Assembly (NCBI GenBank): GCA_944322855.1
Contig: CALUQG010000004.1
Span: 30,013 to 94,012 of the forward strand
Direction: 5' to 3'
Length of the DNA stretch: 64,000 nucleotides
Source of the DNA: Candidatus Gastranaerophilales bacterium
GTDB taxonomy: Bacteria; Cyanobacteriota; Vampirovibrionia; Gastranaerophilales; Gastranaerophilaceae
How positions within the stretch are numbered: the stretch's first letter is position 1; every line of letters starts with the position of its first letter. Below are positions 58,983 to 64,000 of this stretch, one piece after another. The notes under the pieces are model-generated. The model did no database searches, had not been told where the DNA came from, and was given only the letters and a program-made list of their open reading frames with translations. A program made the position numbers and the translations under genes.

Positions 58983-59150
58983 TCGGTTGGGCATACTTGC
59001 CCAACAACTCTAAACATTAGCCGTCGGAAGCTGCTTGATATTGAATTCTTAAGCTGGTTTAAATCGGACTTTATTAGAAATTTTCAAAAATCAAAGAAAA
59101 TTCCGGTTCAATTAATTATTTATTAATCTTTGCCGGTGAAGCCCGACCTA
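58983..59150. repeat. MITE/REP-like element, copy B (shorter, same orientation as copy A)
   Basis: TCGGTTGGGCATACTTGCCCAACAACTCTAAACATTAGCCGTCGGAAGCTG... aligns with copy A through ...CGGACTTTATTAG and AAAAATCAAAGAAAAT[CT]CC. The distal terminus is degenerate. Confidence 0.6.
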
Positions 59151-59229
59151 CAAATTTTACATTGCACTTGTTGAAATGATATTGTCTAGGGTTATATTTA
59201 TTAAAATTAAAAAATGCATAACTCTATAA

Positions 59230-59880
59230 TTAATATCTGAAGTATCTATCCTGACAAATTTTGTATATAGGATCTTTTTCTTTCATAAGTTTTATAAGAT
59301 TATTAATTTCTTTATTTTTACCTTCTTTTTTCAGAGCCATTATAGTTTTACAACTATCCAATAATCTTTTTGCAAATTTAGAATTTTGTTCATTCATATC
59401 ACTTGATTTATTCAAATTAAACTCTAATGTCAAAAGAACATGTTGTGCAGCATCAGATATTTTTTGACCTTTTTTGGAAAAAGTTTCCATACTCCCATAG
59501 GTAAATATAGAATATGTACCAGACGATTTATCAATTAAATTTTTTTCTGACCAAAAGTAATTAAAACAATCGTGCATGAATTTTAAATCTTCTTTAGCTA
59601 CAGCTTTATTATTTTCGAAAAAAAAGGGAAACATTTTCTTGTTTACAAATTCTATTACATTAAAAAGTTCAGGATTATCTTGCCATACCAATTGTTCGAG
59701 TATACGTCTAGTTGGTGGAAATCCTTTAAAATTTATGTTTGCTTTATTGTAATTTGCTAAAATGTTTTCAGATTGAACTTTTGGATTATTTGAAATTATA
59801 ATTCTCTGTTGCTCTGTTTTATTATAATTGTATTTTCTGTAGACAGTATGCTTTGGGGGATTATTTATTGTTACATTCAT
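59230..59880 (-). CDS. Hypothetical 216-aa protein (orphan)
   Basis: The ORF matches no recognised family. An N-proximal ANINFKGF motif is present. Confidence 0.45.
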   Translation of the reverse strand: MNVTINNPPKHTVYRKYNYNKTEQQRIIISNNPKVQSENILANYNKANINFKGFPPTRRILEQLVWQDNPELFNVIEFVNKKMFPFFFENNKAVAKEDLKFMHDCFNYFWSEKNLIDKSSGTYSIFTYGSMETFSKKGQKISDAAQHVLLTLEFNLNKSSDMNEQNSKFAKRLLDSCKTIMALKKEGKNKEINNLIKLMKEKDPIYKICQDRYFRY

Positions 59881-60017
59881 ATTATATACCTTTTAATATT
59901 TATATTTATTATTTATAAACCAGCTAAAAATAAAATTTGCTACATTTCAAAATTTTATTAGCAAAAAAAATTTTTATAGTTGTTAGTTGTATATGTACAA
60001 CAGAGGGCCATTATAAT

Positions 60018-60542
60018 ATGATAAAAGTCGCACCATTAAATTTTAATCAAAATTCTTTAAGGGTTACCAGCTTTAACGGAAGAAGAAAAAAAGAAGCTGA
60101 AATTGCTGTGAATATTATCAATGTTGATACTCCTGACATTCACGTGCAGTCAAAAAAATTGGTTACAAAAGCTACCGAATTAATAAACGAAGCCTGGGCA
60201 AATATTAAAGAGAAGAAATTACATAACAGTTTTCCTGAATTTGTAAAAAAAGATTCTAAAGGCTATACCATAACATTGAAACCGGTATACAACAATGAAA
60301 AATTATTATTGTTAGAAGTTGATAAAGGTAAAGTTGTAGACAAAATTTTTGTTAACCAAAACAATCCAAAATATTTCAAATATGAACAATCAATAAAAAC
60401 TGATTTTGGAACTGCTACAACAAAAACTTATGACAGCAGACGTCAGAATAACAATCCGCTGCTTGTTGATAAAGTTAATGAAGCTTTGCAGGATTATATT
60501 CCTCTGTTTTTAAAAGATAGTAAAAAACGCTCAAGAATTTAA
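60018..60542 (+). CDS. Hypothetical 174-aa protein (orphan)
   Basis: The start is set at the ATG at 60018 (MIKVAPLNF...), preceded by AGAGGG. The listed TTG start at 59937 adds a hydrophobic leader of doubtful reality. Confidence 0.45.
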   Translation: MIKVAPLNFNQNSLRVTSFNGRRKKEAEIAVNIINVDTPDIHVQSKKLVTKATELINEAWANIKEKKLHNSFPEFVKKDSKGYTITLKPVYNNEKLLLLEVDKGKVVDKIFVNQNNPKYFKYEQSIKTDFGTATTKTYDSRRQNNNPLLVDKVNEALQDYIPLFLKDSKKRSRI

Positions 60543-60794
60543 ACGAGATGAGGTTTCTTATCCGGCAAATTTATCCTGCCTGTTGAATTCCAAATTTTCA
60601 CCATCATCAGGGACGAGAAGATTATTAATAAGATTTTATTTTTAAACTCTTTTATAACTAATTTAGTTTTTTATTATGGTAAGAAAAAAGCAAGATGCAT
60701 ATAAAGCCCACTTAAGGTGCCTAAGGATATAACGGAGATAAGTTTCCTTAATTTGTATTAAATCAACTGGAGAGTATTTGTATAAATTATTTTG

Positions 60795-61547
60795 TTATTT
60801 CATCAGCGGTAGTTTTTCAAGCATATTTTTTAATTTGATTGCAATTCTTGGCATTGGTTCTGCGACAGTCAGCCCTACAATATCGAATTCTTTTGCAATA
60901 TCATTAATTACTCTGACAACTTCATTTATTTTCATGCCGTTTTGTACTACTCCTACTGCAGCGATTATCTCCTTAGGATCTAAAACATCCATATCAAAAT
61001 GAATAGCCACATGTCTCGTATTCAAAGCTTTTAGCCATTCAATTATTTTTTTACTGTCCTGAGAAACTTCTGCTGAAGTCAGGTGTTTGATTCCGTATTC
61101 TTTCTGTCTGTCTTTGATTTGTTGTCTTTCCCAATCTCTTAGCCCTACGAATAATATTCTGTCAGTATTAATTTTCGCAGGAAGCTCAGCAATGATTTTT
61201 TCATCGCCTTTGCCTGTGATTGCGCTAACAGCCATTGCATGATAGCCGTTATATGTTTTATCTTCAGGCAGTGTTATATCAGGATGTGCATCAATCCAGA
61301 CTATTGCAATATCATTATTATATTTTTTTGCAAGGTAAGTAAAAGGCACAACGCTAACGGAACATTCTCCGCCGAGTACTGCTATTTTATCCGGATTTGC
61401 TTCTTCTATAATTTTTAGAGCATCTTTTCTCTGCTTTAAAATTTCTTTATAGCCGAGGATACCATTTTCTTCTATTCTGTTTATATTATCTGAAACAGGA
61501 ACTGTTAAAGTCTGATTTTTTGTTTCAGGAGCAAGAAAGTTAAGCAT
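60795..61547 (-). CDS. Arginase/agmatinase/formimidoylglutamase-family (ureohydrolase) protein, apparently N-terminally interrupted
   Basis: The family motifs VWIDAHPDI (DAHxD) and HFDMDVLDP (DxDxxDP) are present. The GGDHS position reads GGECS. The frame continues upstream to the ATG at 61665-61667 except for one TGA at 61626-61628. Confidence 0.65.
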   Translation of the reverse strand: MLNFLAPETKNQTLTVPVSDNINRIEENGILGYKEILKQRKDALKIIEEANPDKIAVLGGECSVSVVPFTYLAKKYNNDIAIVWIDAHPDITLPEDKTYNGYHAMAVSAITGKGDEKIIAELPAKINTDRILFVGLRDWERQQIKDRQKEYGIKHLTSAEVSQDSKKIIEWLKALNTRHVAIHFDMDVLDPKEIIAAVGVVQNGMKINEVVRVINDIAKEFDIVGLTVAEPMPRIAIKLKNMLEKLPLMK

Positions 61548-61728
61548 GAAAGAGCCTAAAATATAACCTCTTGAAGCCTTATCAGGTTCAAGTTCAGGAA
61601 GAAGACCTGCAATATTACCACCCTGTCACTGCGGATATAGCAATCTTATGATAGAATTTTTGTTCATGATATTGATTTCTTTCTCCTGATAAAATTTTTG
61701 TACATGCTTTGCTGTTTTTTTAAATTTC

Positions 61729-61762
61729 CAAAAGACCGGATAAAAATTTATCCGGTCTTTAT
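61729..61762 (-). terminator. Rho-independent terminator after the 61786..62511 gene
   Basis: A 10-bp stem AAGACCGGAT/ATCCGGTCTT with an 8-nt loop is followed by a T-run on the minus strand. The stem sequence resembles the terminator at 1350-1380. Confidence 0.7.
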
Positions 61763-61785
61763 ATTATTTATTTTACCTTGTTTTC

Positions 61786-62511
61786 TTATTTCTGCATATA
61801 CAATTTATTAAATTCTGCAAAAAATGTATCCGCAACAGTCTTGACTGAATATTCACCGAGAGTTTTTTTATGCATGTTCAGAAAACCGTATTTTTTAGAA
61901 GAAGTTGTAATTAAATCAGAGTTTGCCATAACTGCCATCTTGGCTTCATTTATATAAGATTGTATTTCATCAGTCATTTCATCACCAATTTCAGCAATCA
62001 GCCCTTTTTCCAATGAATTTAAATCTGCTTCCATTTGTGTTAACAATTCTGCTCTTCTATTTTCTTCAGAATTGTCTTTGCTTTCAACTTTACGTTTTTC
62101 ATCCGATGCATAAGCTTTGGCTAGACCTGCTTCACTTATTACATCGACTGTGTTATAACCTGAAAAAGTATTTGTTTGCGCATTTGAGTTTTGTTCATTA
62201 TCATTTGTTTGTACATTGGAATTTGTTTCTGTTTTTATACCGGCAAATTGAAGCAAAGCCTGCATCATTGTTGTCATCATTGTTGTTAATGCTGACAGTA
62301 TACTTGCCAATCCATTTATTGAATTTGTTTCAGAATTTTCTGTTTGCTGCGTTTCATTTTCAGCCAAACCGGATTCTTCATCTGCCGATTCTTTTGCTTG
62401 TGTTTGTTCTGTTGTTTGTGTTTCCAGAATATCTTCTACTGTTTCTGTAACAATAGCCTGAATGTCTTCAATGCTTACATTTGTGCCAACTCCAGTAATA
62501 CCATTAACCAT
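61786..62511 (-). CDS. Hypothetical acidic protein
   Basis: The 241-aa ORF has a Glu/Thr/Gln/Asn-rich N-terminal half and one hydrophobic stretch (LASILSALTTMMTTMMQALLQFAG). Confidence 0.45.
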   Translation of the reverse strand: MVNGITGVGTNVSIEDIQAIVTETVEDILETQTTEQTQAKESADEESGLAENETQQTENSETNSINGLASILSALTTMMTTMMQALLQFAGIKTETNSNVQTNDNEQNSNAQTNTFSGYNTVDVISEAGLAKAYASDEKRKVESKDNSEENRRAELLTQMEADLNSLEKGLIAEIGDEMTDEIQSYINEAKMAVMANSDLITTSSKKYGFLNMHKKTLGEYSVKTVADTFFAEFNKLYMQK

Positions 62512-62775
62512 TTCCTACCGACCTTTCTTTTTTTAACTACAGAATTTATATCGGGTGATTGTTTATTTTTCTTTAAGAAATATAATAAAACTGCTTTAGA
62601 TTTCTTAATAATTCATAAATTAGTAAGATGTTTATTAGCGCTAGTTTTTTAGATATATTTTTAATTCGATTTCAAATACCGGTAGTGACTCTGCGGTATT
62701 ATCTTTCTGTCACTTTGGAGATAGTCTTATGGTAAAATTTGTGTTTACGATATTAATTTCTATCAAATAATAAAA

Positions 62776-64000
62776 TTAACAGACAAACTTTGCCGTTTTT
62801 GAGTTTTTGCATTTTTTTAAATCTTCCAAAACTCCGGAAAATACTATTTCCCCACCGGCTTCGCCGCCTTCCGGCCCCATATCAATAATATAATCTGCAT
62901 TTTTTATTACATCTAAATCGTGCTCGATGACAATTACAGTTGCACCGTTTTCAATCAATATTTGAAATACACTCAAAAGCGTTTGAACATCCAGCGGATG
63001 GAGACCTATTGTCGGTTCATCAAAAACAAAAACTGTATCTGATTGAGCTTTTCTCATTTCACCGGCAAGTTTTAGTCTTTGTGCTTCGCCTCCTGAAAGA
63101 CCGGGTGTCTGTTCTCCGAGTGTCAAATACCCGAGGCCGAGTTCTTGCAGTACTTTTAATCTTTGGGATACAAGTTTCAAATCCTTGCAGACATTTAAAG
63201 CCGTATCAATATCCATTGCCATCATCTCCGGCAAAGAATAAGAATTGTATTTTATGCTGTTTGCAATTTTGGCATATCTTGAACCACTGCAATCAGGACA
63301 AGGAATATCCACATCAGGCAGAAACTGTACATCCAAATTGATTTCACCGGTTCCATCACATACAGGGCAGCGGAGTTTGCCTGTGTTATAAGAAAAGTCT
63401 CCTGATTTGTAGCCGAGTTCTTTTGCTTTAGGTGTTTTTGCAAATATTTTCCTTAGTTCATCATGGACATTTGCATAAGTGGCAACAGTGGAACGTACAT
63501 TAATGCCGATTGGAGTTGCATCAATAAGTTTAACCTGTTTAATTTCAGGAGCATCAATGTTCAAAACGTGTTCGGGCATTTTCTTTTTGGATGTAACAGC
63601 TTCAAGAGCAGGTACAAGACTTTCGAGTATCATTGTAGTTTTCCCTGAGCCGGAAACACCTGTTACAACAGTAAGTTTGCCTTTTGGAATACAAACCTCT
63701 AACGGTTTTACCGTATGAATTGATGAAGTAGACATACAAATCATGCCTGCATCAAAGATTTTTTCTTTATTTTCGCTGTTCCTTACACAAACATTTTGTT
63801 CACCTGAAAGAAAACCGCCTATTAAAGAATTTTTGTTTTGTTCAATATCTGATATAGTTCCTTCAGCAATAACATAGCCGCCGTTTGTACCTGCTTTGGG
63901 CCCCATTTCAATCATCCAGTCTGATTCTGACAAAATTTGTGTATCGTGATCGACTAATACAACGGAATTTCCATCTGAAATCAAATCATGAATAACACCT
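62776..64000 (-). CDS. UvrA-family ABC ATPase (excinuclease A or UvrA paralogue), C-terminal part; the gene continues beyond the window
   Basis: The ORF shows Walker A (VTGVSGSGKTT), a UvrA-type zinc module (CPVCDGTG...CPDCSGSRY), the signature LSGGEAQRLKLA and Walker B (VFVFDEPTIGLH). The frame is open to base 64000. Confidence 0.75.
   Translation of the reverse strand, partial: GVIHDLISDGNSVVLVDHDTQILSESDWMIEMGPKAGTNGGYVIAEGTISDIEQNKNSLIGGFLSGEQNVCVRNSENKEKIFDAGMICMSTSSIHTVKPLEVCIPKGKLTVVTGVSGSGKTTMILESLVPALEAVTSKKKMPEHVLNIDAPEIKQVKLIDATPIGINVRSTVATYANVHDELRKIFAKTPKAKELGYKSGDFSYNTGKLRCPVCDGTGEINLDVQFLPDVDIPCPDCSGSRYAKIANSIKYNSYSLPEMMAMDIDTALNVCKDLKLVSQRLKVLQELGLGYLTLGEQTPGLSGGEAQRLKLAGEMRKAQSDTVFVFDEPTIGLHPLDVQTLLSVFQILIENGATVIVIEHDLDVIKNADYIIDMGPEGGEAGGEIVFSGVLEDLKKCKNSKTAKFVC

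Noticed and set aside
61626-61628. The in-frame TGA might be evidence for an alternative genetic code (TGA = Trp or Gly) or for selenocysteine.
   Set aside because: TGA clearly terminates other confident genes here (for example 49335-49337 and 53675-53677). No SECIS-like hairpin follows the codon, and a Sec at this non-redox position is implausible.

Overview
This is a visibly AT-rich bacterial chromosome segment. Gene content points to a diderm organism: SecDF, a phosphate-porin-like beta-barrel, MurA, an AmiC-type amidase and a CcdA/thioredoxin pair. I cannot assign taxonomy from the sequence alone. About 1-54.8 kb is mostly core housekeeping: secDF, smc-scpA, thyX, adenine deaminase, DAHP synthase, murA, enolase, der and fusA. 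Interleaved with these are c-di-GMP signalling genes: REC-HD-GYP, a PAS histidine kinase with a REC/degenerate-GGDEF/REC regulator, and CHASE2-GGDEF. Lineage-specific secreted or orphan proteins are also present. No CRISPR array, cas gene, transposase, integrase or rRNA was seen. Five observations stand out. (1) A 106-bp unit repeated 4.3 times sits directly on the 5' end of tRNA-Arg(CCG) (36053-36505). Each unit re-uses tRNA nt 1-14, carries an inverted copy of tRNA nt 7-20, and has mutually exclusive hairpins, one of them terminator-like. (2) An operon-like run of five large polytopic GT-C-type membrane proteins, including two paralogue pairs, spans 45.6-53.7 kb. (3) A 142-bp perfect duplication covers most of tRNA-Ser(GCU) plus its terminator. 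It brackets a 1.8-kb insert holding a truncated tspO remnant, iterated 13-mers and two paralogous small membrane proteins. (4) Next to it is an orphan-gene islet whose 468-aa gene is flanked by two copies of a MITE/REP-like element. That element has a GGTTGGGCATA...TGCCCAAC core that recurs at 1.4 kb and 14.5 kb. (5) There is a bacterial calpain-like cysteine protease fused to YD/MORN-like repeats, and an arginase-family gene interrupted by an in-frame TGA. All functional calls rest on motif recognition by eye; no database search was possible.
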